This document shows, one piece after another, positions 1 through 13,970 of a stretch of DNA of 64,000 bases. Location: NCBI RefSeq assembly GCF_006345805.1, contig NC_043009.1, forward strand, positions 31,620,001-31,684,000, written 5' to 3'. The position numbers were made by a program, and so were the translations under genes. The notes below the pieces were generated by a model. That model searched no databases. It was not told where the DNA came from and saw only the letters and a list, made by a program, of their open reading frames with translations. The DNA is from Octopus sinensis. Its lineage: Eukaryota. The stretch's first letter is position 1, and every line of letters starts with the position of its first letter.

Positions 1-19
1 AAAATATATATTCTAATAT

Positions 20-653
20 AACAACAGTTTTCTTTGGGTATTATGATACTTTGCCTGCAAAGTTAAGGTGAACATTCTATTAAAATAATCATAAAAGCTC
101 CAAAATGCTTAATCATTTGTGCTAATTAATTAGGCCAGAATCTTTCCATCATGTAGAGGAAGACACACAAATCTTCCAGAAGAATAGTGTAAGCAGTCTG
201 CATCTTGTAAATGCAATTTGCACATTTTTCACTATTTATGATACCTAAAAAGACTTTAGAACACAATAGATTTTCCAACTATCCAAAAAAATATCGTAGA
301 CAATCTTGTTAATAATATGTCATTATATTATTCTACTTCCTTTTGAATATGCTATATATATATATGTATGTATGTATGTGTGTGTATATATATATATGTA
401 TAAGAAGAGAGAGAGGGAGAGAGAAAGAGATAGGGTGGTGTTACACAAGAGTATGTTTATAATCTAGATGGGTAATGAAGTCAATACAAAGATGCAAGTA
501 GGTTATAATTTTTATTTTTAGCTGAAAATTCATACATTTTGTCTGCTAGGTTCACATTGTACTGATTCTCCAACAATCGCTGAATGTCAGCTTCATATAA
601 TATAATACACACACACACATAAGACATATAAATATATTTACCTATATATATGC

Positions 654-701
<48 letters not shown>

Positions 702-1700
702 GTATATATATGAATATGTATATATATGTATGATGATGATATGTGTGTGTATATATATATATATGTGTGTGTGTGTATTCCTGCTGAATTTTTCAAAAAA
801 ATTTGTTACAGAAAAATTGTTTTTTTTTTGTCGTATTGATTTATCTTTTAAAAATTTTATCTCTGTTATTTTCAATAATTTCCTACCAATTGTCAAACTC
901 TAGATAATGCTCCAAGTATTTCTTTTTCTTCAAACTTTTCCTTTTATCATTTCAATCACACATTTATTTCTGGTTGTTTTTTTAACTTGCTTCTTTTTTT
1001 ATTCTTCAGCAGAATGTGTCATTGAACCAAGCTAATATTAATTTATTTACAAAACTATAGCAATCGCTTTTCTGAATTTTCTTTTAGCTAACTCTCTTTT
1101 TAATTTTGCTCACTTTATACTCCGTATTCTTCTAATAATACTAGGTCTATTAAGAATTTGTTGATTCCCTACAAAAAGTTTATTTTCCAATTATAAGCAG
1201 ACGATCAACTCATGACCAGTTTTCTAAATTCAACATCTGCTATTTTGTTAAGAAATCAACATTTCTTGAGATTCTTTTGATCTTCGATGTTCTTAATTAA
1301 AATTATATCGGTAAATGATTGACTCAACTTCCGTGACTGCAAACATCTCTTTGACACAACTGTAAAATTAAAACAAACTTTCGCCTGTTTTTACAGAACA
1401 TTCTTCATCACACTTGACTGATGTTTCTTCTCTTGCTAATTGACAGGTTTTGGCTTTGGCATAAGCTATTCCTTTTATTAATCCTTTAAAGTTTTAGTTG
1501 TGAAGGGCTGGTCACACCCAAAAGTTTTCTTTACCATTGTGAGAATTACTCAGGGTTTACAAGCATATCTGAACATTGCACAAAACAGCTACCATTCTTG
1601 CAACAATTTATGAAAGAGACACTGTGGACTGCTAATGCCAATATCATTTTGTACCTGTCCTAATTATGACTTCATTTTAGGAACTAAACGTTAGACAGAG
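20..1700 (-). mobile_element. Decayed Penelope-like element remnant (thumb/linker and GIY-YIG tail), split by microsatellites
   Basis: Minus strand near 790-930 reads RKRNTWSII*SLTIGRKLLKITEIKF, resembling the PLE linker RxRxIIWFNPPxSxxVxTNIGKxFL. Looser EN-like remnants lie at 20-600. Many stops and frameshifts. Confidence 0.45.
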
Positions 1701-1804
1701 TGGTGTTTGAACACAAATCAAGACATTATCGTCAATGTGTCAATATATTATTTCTGACATTAACCCTTTTGACACCAACCCAGTTGAAACCACCATATAT
1801 ATAT

Positions 1805-2100
1805 GGCACTCTGCTGGTTATGACAATGAAGGTTCCAGTTGATCCAATCAACGGAACAGCCTGCTCATGAAATTAATGTGCAAGTGGTGGAGCATTTCAC
1901 AGACACATGTATCCTTAATGTAGTTCTCAGGGGAGCTTCAGCATGACACAATGTGTGACAAGGCTGGCCCCTTTGAAATACAGGTATAACAGAATCAGGA
2001 AGAAAGAGTGAGAGAAAGTTGTGGTGAACGAGTAGAGCAGGGTTCGCCACCATCCCCTGCCGGAGCCTCGTGGAGCTTTGGGTGCTTTCACTCAATAAAT
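1805..2100 (-). mobile_element. SINE body, same family as 57277-57592
   Basis: 1805-1985 is the reverse complement of the 3' body of the SINE at 57277 (tttcaaagggccagccttgtcacac...gctgttccgttgat...actggaacc). Confidence 0.75.
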
Positions 2101-2124
2101 ACATATACACACACATTTAACTTT

Positions 2125-2270
2125 AGTTCCCATCTGGCAAATAAATCCACACGCAAAGCATTGGTCAGCCCAGAGCTAAAGTAGAAGACACTTGTCTAAG
2201 GTGCTACACAGTGGGATTGAAACTGGAACCATGTGGTTGGGAGGAAAACTTCTTGCCACAGAGCCATGCC
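2125..2270 (-). mobile_element. tRNA-derived SINE head, family of 34385
   Basis: Reverse complement matches ggcatggct..gtggtaag..ccaaccacatggttcc..tcccactgtgt.gcacctt..caagtgtcttctac. Confidence 0.75.
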
Positions 2271-3070
2271 AGAACTTGCCTTGGTATCTCATATCATGGT
2301 GAATAAACGCAACACAGTTTTTGCTGATTAAATACGATGACGCCAACGTCTTCGGTTATATGATGAGAATTGTAACACATTCTGAGAAAGTAGCAACTAT
2401 ATTACATCTGAAGATATATATTGATTCTTTCAGAATTGTGAAGAATTGATTGTTTCAGCATATTGGAGCTGCATGGAGAAATTTCTTCCATTGTTCACTA
2501 TATTCATACTTTGGTAAAAGAAATATCTTGGCGTAATTTTATTCTATATTTAGTTTTAATTGCAGTACCAAGCTGCACTGAAAACCAATTTCAATTTGAA
2601 CATTGGAAAACTTTAATGAATAACGTAAAGAAATTTTTGGTAAATAATTGCTAATTTTTTGTTAATATGCATTATTAATCTTAGATGTCGTGATATAATG
2701 CAACAGAAGCACAAATATTGTATTCATATAAGAATGCATGCAATAAATGAATGCGTCTAATGTAATGGTTACATACATAGATATATACATATAGATGCAG
2801 TCATATGCACACACAAATATACACACACATACATACATATATGCACGCATACACACACACACACATACATGCATATATATATATATGCATACAAATGAGT
2901 GAACAAATGTAAGAAAGTAGCACTCAATACATTTCTTTGAGTTGCATGTTCATGACAACAGTTTGATTCAACTCCATATACTCCATAATATAAAGTTCCA
3001 TGAGCGTAAGAAAAATTCACAGCACCAGATATTCAAAGACAGACTGGAGACAATTAGAAAGAAATTTTGT

Positions 3071-3137
<67 letters not shown>

Positions 3138-3170
3138 TATATATACATATATATATATACACACACACAC

Positions 3171-3239
<69 letters not shown>

Positions 3240-3269
3240 CATATATGTGTGTGTGTGTACACACAAAAG

Positions 3270-3600
3270 GTAAAGGGAACAGCCCGTCTTTGGTGATGAA
3301 TAACCATGGGATTGCAGCTAGAAAGTTACCCTCCGAGGTACATGTCCAGGTAAGGTTGTTTATGGAAGTCCAGGAGTTGCCCAGTCATACCAATTTCCCA
3401 TCTCTCGTTTCCATGCCACAAATGTTGTCCAAAGGAATGGCAAAGGAGACGATACAGCTTGGCACCAGTGATGTCACAACTCATTTCTACAGCTGAGTGA
3501 ACTGGAGCAACACAACACACAACATGGTCTGCGAATTGGATGAACTTCCTCATGATTCTGAGCCTAACACTTTAACCAGAGCATCATGACTTCAGATGAA
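3270..3600 (-). mobile_element. tRNA-derived SINE, family of 57885-58082
   Basis: Shares gttgctccagttcactcagctgtagaaatgagttg..catcac.g.tgccaagctgtatcg with the 57885-58082 copy. Confidence 0.7.
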
Positions 3601-3683
3601 GACACATGTACACACACACACACACACACATACGTACATATATGTTATATATATAGATGTATGTATGTATGTATGTATGTATA

Positions 3684-3890
3684 TTCTTTTCTACTCTAGA
3701 CACACGGCCCAAAATATTTGAGGAGGTGGGGGCAGTCGATTAGATTGACCCCTAGTACTTAATTTATTGATGCTGAAAGCATCAAAGGCAAAGCTGATCT
3801 CAGCAGAATTTGAACTCAGAACGTAAAGACAGACGAAATACTGCTAAGCATTTCGCCAGGCATGCAAACATTTCTGCCAGCTCGCCGCCT
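3684..3890 (-). mobile_element. SINE with Meta-domain-like centre
   Basis: Head ggcggcgagctggcagaaa..., B-box-like gagttcaaattc, then ctttgcctt..atg/cttt..tcaataaattaagtac. Same family as 36908 and 46177. Confidence 0.75.
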
Positions 3891-3984
3891 TAATATGTAT
3901 GTATATTATGTGCATATGTATGTATATGTATGTGTTTACATAGATATATGTGTATATATACATTTATCTATCTATCTATATCTA

Positions 3985-4049
<65 letters not shown>

Positions 4050-5049
4050 CTTATGGTGTAGCTAATATTATATCTCACATTGTATAACACACCATATACA
4101 GCATATTATATTTCCATTTACTTTCACTTATTTCTCTTACAGGACACCTAATATTATATTTCCCAAATACATTTTATATTCTAACTTCTAAGTCTCATAG
4201 TATACGACTTAGGGCAAACCTAATTGCATAATAGTAGATTCAATACATTATATTGTCTGGTGGTTGAAGAAATAACTGTCATATATTCAATACTTTATGT
4301 TTAGGAATAGAAAATCCTGCGAAGATTTCTATAAATTATTCGCTTTTGTGTGTTTTTCTTTTTTTAGTACAAAAGCAAACTGAATATTTTCTGCAATGCA
4401 ACAGAAATGCTTAAAACTAAAACTGACTTCAAGTCCATCTTACATTTCTTTGCAGAAGCCAAGAAATACGCAATCATTATAGCCATCTCAACTGCACACA
4501 ATTAGTTTTGGGTGTTCATCCAATAGATTTTGTGATATTGGAGGGAAAAGAATTAAGGATTTAATGATGAAGAATCTGCAAGATAGCCAGATTCCAATAA
4601 AATGCCCTGAATATTAATTGGCATTTATTTAAAACTGTGAGTTCCCTCAGGTCAATATATTATTAAGACATCAATTACTATATAATTATTTTCAAACCAA
4701 AGTATCCATTGTAATGTCATAGTTCCCCAGTTCTTCTAAGAAGGGATGGAATCTATGTCTCAATAGAAGTAAGAGTTGAAAGTAACTGAATGACCTTGAG
4801 TACCAGGTCAGAGGTCAGCAGCCATTCTGGTTAATTACTAAGTCTTATTTTGTAACTAATTATAATATATGATTTGGTATACATCTCTGAGATTATTTCA
4901 GGAATTACTATTATGTGAAAAGAAGAGAACTTGATTGTTTTATAATCAACTCTTGGTTAGTACCCAAAGAACGAAGTGCTAGACACATACAAGCACCTGT
5001 ACACACACACACACACACAAATACATAAATGTATATATAGGTATATGTA

Positions 5050-5105
5050 TATCATCATCATCATTATTATCATCACTTTCATCCTCATCTTCATCATAGT
5101 CATCG

Positions 5106-5166
<61 letters not shown>

Positions 5167-5310
5167 CATCATCATTATCATCATCATTATCATCACCGTT
5201 ATCTTCATTATAATGATCAGTGCCATTGACATCCTCATCATGATCATTGCCATCATCATCATCATCATCATCATCAGTAGCAGCAGCAGCATTGTTGCTG
5301 TCATCACCAT
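5050..5310. repeat. (CAT)n/(GAT)n compound microsatellite
   Basis: Direct trinucleotide repeat; accounts for the poly-D, poly-M and poly-I ORFs. Confidence 0.95.
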
Positions 5311-7271
5311 CTTCTTCAGGCTCTTGTTGGCTGATTTGGTCATAGGACCACATCTCATCTGTGTCATTTTGTTAGGTTTGGTTTAGTCATTAAGGCTGGT
5401 ATTCAGTGAGAGGGTAATGTACTCCTTAATTTCTACCAGTCTCAGAGACCCTGAAAAGGGTCGGATAAATTAAGTTTGAGTAGAGAGGGAGACATCTTTA
5501 TGTTTGGAGATGAGTGGGGATTTACATATGTAGAAAGAGGCCAAAGATAAATAGATTCCTTGTTGTAGAGAAGTTACATGGCTACTCTCTTTATTAGAAG
5601 AGAAGGTGGAAATGATCGGGTTTGAGCTGGAAAGAGAGATAAGACAGTAGCGAAGGGGTTTCAAGGTGGACCTTCAAGGTAGAAGTTAAGTAGAATTGAG
5701 AGGGGACAGAACATGGAATATGGGTGGGTAGATGTTGCAAGACTATATGGAGAGAGTGGGGAATGGTGAATAGGTGATAAGCGAATACAATGAATAAATT
5801 ACAAGGGCTGAAGCATGGAATGGAAGATAGGGGACAAAGAAGAAAACGCAAAATGTGGTTGAAGTGGGCAAAGTAAAATTTTTTGCTATCTCAAACTGTT
5901 TTTTTTTTTAGATACTTTGAACTATGAAAGGAAATGTTGAAATATAGAAACCACAAGTTGGTATCTTGACTGCTGAGCCTTCTTTTATGGAACCAGGCGT
6001 AAAAGGTGTTAAAGTAATAAAAAGAAAAAGGTGAATATAGAGAATGTATATTCTAATTCATCCAATATGAATCTGCAACCAGAAATCCTTATCTGTACCC
6101 AAGAAGAATATACTAAAACAGGCTTACAAAACTTGTTTATTGTAACAACATTAACTGTGACTACACAAAGAATTTTTTTGCAATGCAGAATTGATCTGAA
6201 AGTAATTTACCTGCATGTAAGAAATTCCATTCTTTTTCTTTTCTTTACTACGAAGCAGTTAATGATTTAGGATAAAAAGAATTAAAGAGGGAAATAGATT
6301 TTTAGATGATGAACTATTTTCTCCCTTTTTAAGAAACTTCATAGAATGTTGAATTTAACAGAATGTGATATATGTCGAGAAATACTATGCTGATGATTGG
6401 AAAGAAGAGAGAAATGGTACTAAACATGTCTATCAGTGACTAAATTTATTTTATTTTATGTAAGAAAAAAGAAATTAAAAATAAAATATACATCTTTTTT
6501 GATAATGGTTAAATCACCACCAGAAGCAAATGAAAGAAAAAGTAGTTTTAAACCAACACTTCTGTAGTGTGATTGATATTTTGAAGGCAAAGAGAATCTA
6601 TTTTGTGACCATTTGCCAGAAGTTTGCAATACCAGAAAGCTTTCATGCTGAATAATCAATCATTGAACGATATGTTTGGAAACTTCTGCCCCCTAACAGT
6701 GGACAAAGACCACTGAAATATATTAATGTTGCTGTCAGAGACACATAACATGGAATTAAAAAATCTACCAAGCTAATAGGGAAAGATATTCCTGGTACAA
6801 TACTGTGAGACACAACTTGGTTGCAGAAGAAGCAGTGGTTACCATAAATTCTATGAACAATTCGTGATAGATGGCCTAAAAACAGAAACAGAAACTATCG
6901 ACTAAAAGTCATAAAACTTAAAATTTTTTTTACATATTGAAATTGTATCTGCTCATACTTTATCTAATTAAACTTAAAAATTATATAAATTGACAATTTT
7001 CGATATTGAAATAGATGTCTGTACATACCTTATTTATTTAAATCTACTCAAACATAATCAAATTTTAATATTCTTCATTTGTAGCTCATTAAAATTATAA
7101 ATTGCTAGTTGATGTACAGATAAATTTGATTAGTGTTGTATTACAGAACGTTAGAAAAAATTTCCATACCAGACTTTAAAATTTTTTCTCAGCTGTTGTA
7201 GCTTTTTGAGTTACAGCTATTCAAATTACTATATATTATACACAACTATATAACATAATACATATATGTGT

Positions 7272-7360
<89 letters not shown>

Positions 7361-7912
7361 CATACATGTACATATATATATTTATGTATATATCTATCTA
7401 ATGTGTGTATGTGTGTATACATATGTATGTGTAAGTGTATAAAATATATACACACACATTCACATATATAAAGACACAGAAACACACACATATATCTATA
7501 TAACATAGTACATATGTGTGTGTGTATATAAATATATGCATACATGTACATATACATTTATGTATATATATATATATGAATCTATGTGTGTGTATGTGTG
7601 TATAAATATGTATGTGTAAGTGTGTAAAATATATACACACATTCATATATATATAAAGATACAAAAACACACACATATATAGATATATGTATATAAAGCA
7701 GGCTTGTATGTGTATATGTAATACATGTAAGCATATATGTAATATATATCTATGTGTGTATGGATGTAAGCATGTATATATGCAAACATATATGTGTGCG
7801 TAAGGATGCATTTCAGATACTGATGTTACTATACATGTATCTGCACTTCTGTGTATATATCTGTGTATATATTGATATGTGTAGGTGTGTCTGTGCTTTC
7901 ATGCATGCATAT

Positions 7913-7959
<47 letters not shown>

Positions 7960-8271
7960 CACACACATACACAAAGGCTATAGTGACTCTTCTACAGTTG
8001 GAATGAAAGAGATAGAAATAAGTCATCAATGCTGAATTATTAAACAATAAAAATGATGAGTTTTAATGAAGAAAAATACTTGAAGACATTAAAAGAGTAA
8101 AAAAAGAAGAATTTCTTCCCATTTTCTGCCAGAATTTTTACTTTTCTTATGGTATTCATTTTCATATTTTCTTTCAAGATTATTTATTCAGAAGTAAGAC
8201 AAACACTGCTAATGTCACTACTACTACTACTTATGACAATAATAATAATGATAATAATAATAATAATAATG

Positions 8272-8314
<43 letters not shown>

Positions 8315-8324
8315 TAATAATTAA

Positions 8325-8908
8325 TTTGTTTATTGGCCACAAGGGCTCACATAAAATTACATTAAAAGACATACAACAACCTAAAAGACAAAAACAGATC
8401 ATATAAAGGGTTTTACAATGTGTAAACAATATAAATAACAATTATGAATTAAACAAATTAAAACTCCTAATAGGGGAGTCACTTTAAGGACCTTGTGGAA
8501 AAAAAACACAAAAGCCATAGGTACCTGAACAACAGAGCAAGTGCCCTTCTTTTGTTTACAGGTGCATGCTCAGATTTGGTCCTTTCACATTGGCCATTCT
8601 TCCAACATTCACCCACCTTTCAGCAAACTTGCTACAAGGCAACACTTCCCTCTCCATCCTTAACTTCTTTTTCAAGAGAAACTTGAAGAAGTTGTGGAGG
8701 GCTTGGCCAAAGAGGAAAGTGTGTGTCTTTAGCCCTTTCAAATGGGTCCACCATACTACTTCTTTCGCTACAGCCACTAGACAAATAAAAATTGCCGTTC
8801 CTCTTGGCCAAAAGAAGGCAGCAGGGCAATCTTCACAATGGATTCAGCTGATAGCTGGATCCGTCCCACATGTGACAGCAGGTGTTCGACATAAACCCAC
8901 AGGTCAGC

Positions 8909-8912
<4 letters not shown>
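8325..8912 (-). mobile_element. Tx1/L1-clade LINE ORF2 C-terminus and 3' UTR, inserted in (AAT)n
   Basis: Minus strand reads IADLWVYVEHLLSHVGRIQLSAESIVKI...AVAKEVVWWTHLKG...FFKFLLKKKLRMERE...FAERW, typical of the region after the zinc finger in Tx1-like ORF2. (AAT)n on both sides. Confidence 0.7.
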
Positions 8913-8955
<43 letters not shown>

Positions 8956-8957
8956 TG

Positions 8958-9024
<67 letters not shown>

Positions 9025-9029
9025 TGATA

Positions 9030-9079
<50 letters not shown>

Positions 9080-9082
<3 letters not shown>

Positions 9083-9636
9083 GCCCTGATGCAGTACCAG
9101 GCAGTGGCTCTCATGGCTTCTGATCTTAACTGATTGGAAGTGTTATCATGTACATTGTTTTGTCTTGGTGTAAAAGATGGGCTACAGCAAATATTCTGCT
9201 CAATACCACAGATTTGCTTGTCAGTTGTTTGACCTTAACCAGTTGAGCATGTCCCTTAGTGGCTGACGATATGTGCATCTCTGATCACGAGCAGAAGTAG
9301 TGGGGGAGCATCATAGCCATGTGTTGAGAGGGATTCTTTGGGGTTTGAATAGTTCGCCTCTGGAAACATGGGTGGTTCTTTCAACATCCTTAAACAACCC
9401 TTATTCAGAGACCGTTTGAGTGGGATGGGCTACTCAACCTGAAGAAAATTCTAACTGGGACCCACCTGCAAGGTCATGTGCTGTTTATCTTGATATGAGA
9501 TCACCATGTCGCGCACATATGGTTGTGATGCATGTGCCTGGTGTACCTTTATCAGACGGGTAGTCATGATGAGTATATTGGGCTTCGTATATTTTACCCC
9601 AGTGTCACCTTGATGGCATGAACTGCTCTCTCACTC

Positions 9637-9640
<4 letters not shown>
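9080..9640. mobile_element. Unclassified interspersed repeat embedded in (AAT)n
   Basis: About 560 bp of complex, GC-richer sequence bounded sharply by (AAT)n tracts. No ORF. Confidence 0.55.
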
Positions 9641-9668
<28 letters not shown>

Positions 9669-9699
9669 CGATGATAATAATAATGATGGTGATGATAAT

Positions 9700-9906
9700 C
9701 CTTTCTAAAACAAGGTCTGAAATTTGAGAGAGGAGTATAATCGATTACATCAACCCCAGCCTGTAATTGGTACTTAATTTATTGACCCTGAAAGGATGAA
9801 AGGCAAAACTGACTTCGGCAGAATTTGAACTCAGAATGTAGCAGCAGGCAAAATACTTCTAAGCATTTTGCCCAGCATTGTAACGATTCTGCCAGCTTGC
9901 TGTCTT
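9700..9906 (-). mobile_element. Meta-domain-like SINE
   Basis: tcgattacatcaaccccag..ggtacttaatttattgaccctgaaaggatgaaaggcaaa..gaatttgaactcagaa matches the family. Confidence 0.8.
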
Positions 9907-9910
9907 AGTA

Positions 9911-9990
<80 letters not shown>

Positions 9991-11020
9991 CCATTCTCTT
10001 AATGGCACAGGGCCTGAAGTTTTGAAGCAGGACAATAGTCAAAAACATCAACCTTAATGGTCGATTGGCTTATAAAAAAATGAAGTCTTAGAGTCAATTT
10101 ATTTGAAAAAAGTTTTCAAGGTGCTGCCCCAGCATGGCCACAATATACTGACTGAAGCAAGTAAAAGATAAAAGACACACCACACAAAGATACACACCAC
10201 AATTTTTCGGTTGCCCTGTTGCCAGCTCTCATTATTCACACAGCAGGATGAAACCCCTGCCCCCACTGGTTCCAAAGCAAGAGTCTTAATCACAGAGCCA
10301 TGATTGCACTGATAATAATATTAATCAAAAACTTAAAATGTCTGTAGAATTTGGAATCAATAAAAGAGAACATTGCAATTATCTTGCAGCTATGTCTCAA
10401 AATTAATCTCACATTTACAGCTGCCATGAAAATTATATATTCTTACAGGAACCTCCCTAACCATTTTTTCTTCCCCTTTGTTCACCAAATTTTAATAAGT
10501 TAATGAGGAATTGTGTAACAAGTTTCTGTATTTCTTGGGGCCCAGATCAGTATTGAAAGAGAGAGATTCCAGCTTAAGATGATGTGTTTATTAAACATGT
10601 GTTATTTTGTCTTTGTAGATAATGCTTTTGTTTTCTAGTCTTTTTACAGGTGTAGTGGTTCTTTACCATTTTGATATCAACTCACCTGAGACTGTCCCTG
10701 GCTCTGAGACAAAAATGTTTCTCTTCTGAATTGATCTGCCTTAAAAGCTTCGATCACATTTTCATCTTTTTAGCTCTTTTATCTAGTCACTTGTTTTATC
10801 TAGTCACTTGTCCTGGGGCACTGCTTTGAAGAATTTTTAATTGAATGATTTGACGTCTGTACATGTTTTTTTTAAGCCTGGTATTTATTCCATCAGTCTC
10901 TTTTGCCGAAGTACTAAGTTACAGGGATGTAAACACCAATGTCAGTTGTCAAGCAGTGGTTGAGGACATACACACATACACATATGCATGCACGTACATA
11001 GACACACATGTATATTATTT

Positions 11021-11238
11021 ACAAGGGGGTGCTGAAAAGTTTCTGGCATTAAGGGTACCATGAAAGGCCTTGCAGGAGGCCCAACCTTCTGAGCTATTTT
11101 ATAGGGCTAAAAAAACTGAAGGACCACTGCAATAAGTTTGTAAATCTGAAAGGGGAATATGTTGAATAAAATCATAATTAACTGATCCTCCTGTATTTTC
11201 TCTTACCCAAAGCCAGGAACTTTTTAGCACCTCTTCAT
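11021..11238. mobile_element. Mariner-like MITE
   Basis: Imperfect ~28-bp TIRs: acaagggggtgctgaaaagtttctggc and agccaggaactttttagcacctcttc. Non-coding interior. Confidence 0.7.
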
Positions 11239-11764
11239 GTGTGTGTGTGTGTATGTGTGTGTATACAATATGTGTACATGTGTATGTATGAATGTATGTA
11301 TACATGAGGACGTGGAATACCTGGGTTGGTGTCCAGGTGTGCAGTTGGCCCGTCTGTTGTTCCAACATCTCTCTAGGAGAGGAAAACTCTGAGAGAAAAC
11401 CAGCAACACTAACACTATTTGATGATGTAGATTAGTCCTTCATTTCGAGTTTATGTTGTCCTTGTTCAGAGAATGGAATTGAATTTGCACAAATCCTTTC
11501 CCCTATTATAAAAAAGCATCAAGTGCAGGTATCACTCAGGATAAAAGACCTGCCACAAAAATGACTGGTCATAGCCTTCATATATGTGTGGGACTTTTGA
11601 TCAGGCAATGGCAATACTCAAACACAAGTTTGCAGCCATCATATATATATATATATTGGTAAAAATGGTAAGATGACAAAAGAAAGAAAGAGACCTCAAT
11701 ATTACGTAAATAGAGGAATTTATCTGTAAATATAATATGTGACAATTATTCGGTAGCCAAGATA

Positions 11765-11812
11765 AAACTTGATGCCAAGGTGGAAATCCACACCACCATC
11801 TCTTCAGTTCTG
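11765..11812 (-). ncRNA. Degenerate hammerhead motif (GAAA/stem III lost)
   Basis: Minus: CTGAAGA-GATGGTGG..CCACC..ATC with no following GAAA. Lies in a short element next to a (TA)n tract. Confidence 0.35.
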
Positions 11813-12761
11813 AGAATATAAAAATCCAAAGCAAATACCAGAAAGTACTTTTTGCAACAGTCTTACAATTCTCACTGCTCAAAGCTGACAATTTATTTTC
11901 TACATCACTGAAACTGAAAGGTAACATTGACCTTGGACAGATTTGAACTCAGTACATAAGGATCTAGAATAACACCACAAGGTATTGGGCCCAACACTCT
12001 CTCAGTTCTGCCAATGCACTGTTCTAAACAGGTAGGTTACTTCCCCAGCCCCAGAAGAATGACATGTAAAAGTGACTTATCATAGTAGGATTTGAACACA
12101 GAATGTAAAGGTCCAGAAATAATACTTTAAGACACTTTGTTCAACATCTTACCAATTCTACCAAATTACTGCTTATTCTAAGCTATAACCCAAGAGAATT
12201 GGTTGAATAATTAACACAAAAAAAAAGAGAAAAAAAAACACCGACAATTACAATAACAAGAAAAACAATTACAATTTTTTTAGCCTCCATCCAAATCTCA
12301 TTATAGTGCAAGATATGCAAATGAGCTGTGACAAGGTATGATTCATTACAAAATATATTTGCACATAATTAAAATTTAAACAGATCTGCTGGCTAATGAC
12401 GGAATACGTTATGGGTTAGACCAATTTTTGGAATATAGTTTGGTCAAATGATTAATTATTTCTTAATCTGATGTCGGAACGAAATATCGTTAGTGTCACT
12501 GGTGCAGTAATAGAGTGAGATGGGGATGGGTGGGTTAGTTTTTGTGGGGTTTTTTTTTTTTCATTTTGGTTTCTTTAATTAATGGGTAATCAATATGTTA
12601 ATTGGTTAGAAATATTAATGGAAATTAGAAATATGATTACACAACATAAGAAAATAAAGATCACCAACAGTAGCAACAGTAGTAGTAGCAGTAGCAGCAG
12701 TAATAGTTGTGGTGGTGGTGGTGGTGGGGGGAGGTAGTAGGTGACAGTAGCAGTAATAATA

Positions 12762-12972
12762 TTGATTTCAAATTTGGAACAAGGCCAGCAACTTTAGGGA
12801 AGTGGTGTCAGTCGATTACATCGACCCCAGTGTTTAACTGGTACTTAATTTATTGACTCCAAATGGATGAATGGAAAACCTTGGCAGAATTTGAACTCAG
12901 AACATAAAGGTGGACAAAATACCACTAAGCATTTTCCCCAGCATGCTACTGATTCCACCAGCTCATTGCCTT
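12762..12972 (-). mobile_element. Meta-domain-like SINE
   Basis: gtcgattacatcgaccccagtg..aactggtacttaatttattgac..gaatttgaactcagaac. Confidence 0.75.
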
Positions 12973-13084
12973 GGTAGTAGAAGTGAGTAATATTGATGAT
13001 GGTTGTGATGTTGGTCATTATGGCAGTGGTGATGGTGCAGCTGTAATATTGGTGGTAATATCAACTCCAAAAATAATGACAACT

Positions 13085-13315
13085 GGAAGGGCATCCAGCT
13101 GTAAAGACCTTGCCATAACTGACCATGCCTGGGCTTGTGCTATGTAAAAAAAGCACTAAGTTCACTCTGCTGAGTGGTTGGTGTTAGGAAGGGCATCCAG
13201 CAGTAAAATTCCTGCCAGAAGTCTGGTGCAGGCTTCTACCTGGCTGGCTCTTGTCAAACCCCACCCCCATGCTAACATGGAAGGCGGACATTAAACAATG
13301 ATGATGATGACGATG
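13085..13315 (+). mobile_element. RTE LINE 3' UTR fragment with (GAT)n tail
   Basis: gagtggttggtgttaggaagggcatccagc...catgctaacatggaaggcggacattaaacaatgatgatgatg matches the 3' UTR of the RTE at 55657. Confidence 0.7.
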
Positions 13316-13805
13316 AAGAAGGAAACTTTTATAAGTATCAACAACTCCCAACTAATTTCCACAAATCAAAAATCAAAACATTTTCTTTTAAACAAAACAA
13401 GAAAATACCAATATTCCAAATGGAGTACAATTAGCATTTAAGATGTTTCTTGCAAAAAACTTCCTCAGCTTTTAATTTAGTTGCAGCAGCAAATGAACAG
13501 GTGGCTCTGATGCCTGTACAACTTATACAGAAAGGGGGTGGGTTGTATAGTTTATCTAGTGTTCCATAATTGGTAAAATATTGGCTCTGCAACCTCTTCA
13601 GAATTATTCTGTGACCAAATTTCAGTCACAATTCATAGGTTGGAATCTGTTACTCAATCTATTCACAATCACCTGCAAAAATTGGTAACCAGCGCTTAAT
13701 TATATATTTCCATGCAGAAGACACCAGTTGGTAAATTTTCCAATACCATTATTTGAAATTATTTAATCATTTAATTATTTTTAAGAGTAAAACTAAATAT
13801 TCTTC

Positions 13806-13934
13806 ACAGTTCTATATTTAAGAGATGAGGAATTATGTAAATTATTTCCATTATTTACATTTGACGGATATGGCATAGTGATTAAGAGCATGGGCTACTA
13901 AACCCAAGATTCTGAGTTTGATTCCAAGAAGTGA

Positions 13935-13970
<36 letters not shown>

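Noticed and set aside
4957-5386. Poly-Asp, poly-Met or poly-Ile proteins
   Set aside because: Translations of a (GAT)n microsatellite; the same applies at 17214-17675, 30385-30723 and 62772-63188.
5900-7235. Possible decayed DNA transposon or host exons
   Set aside because: Looks complex, but no motif, TIR pair or sustained reading frame could be identified by eye.
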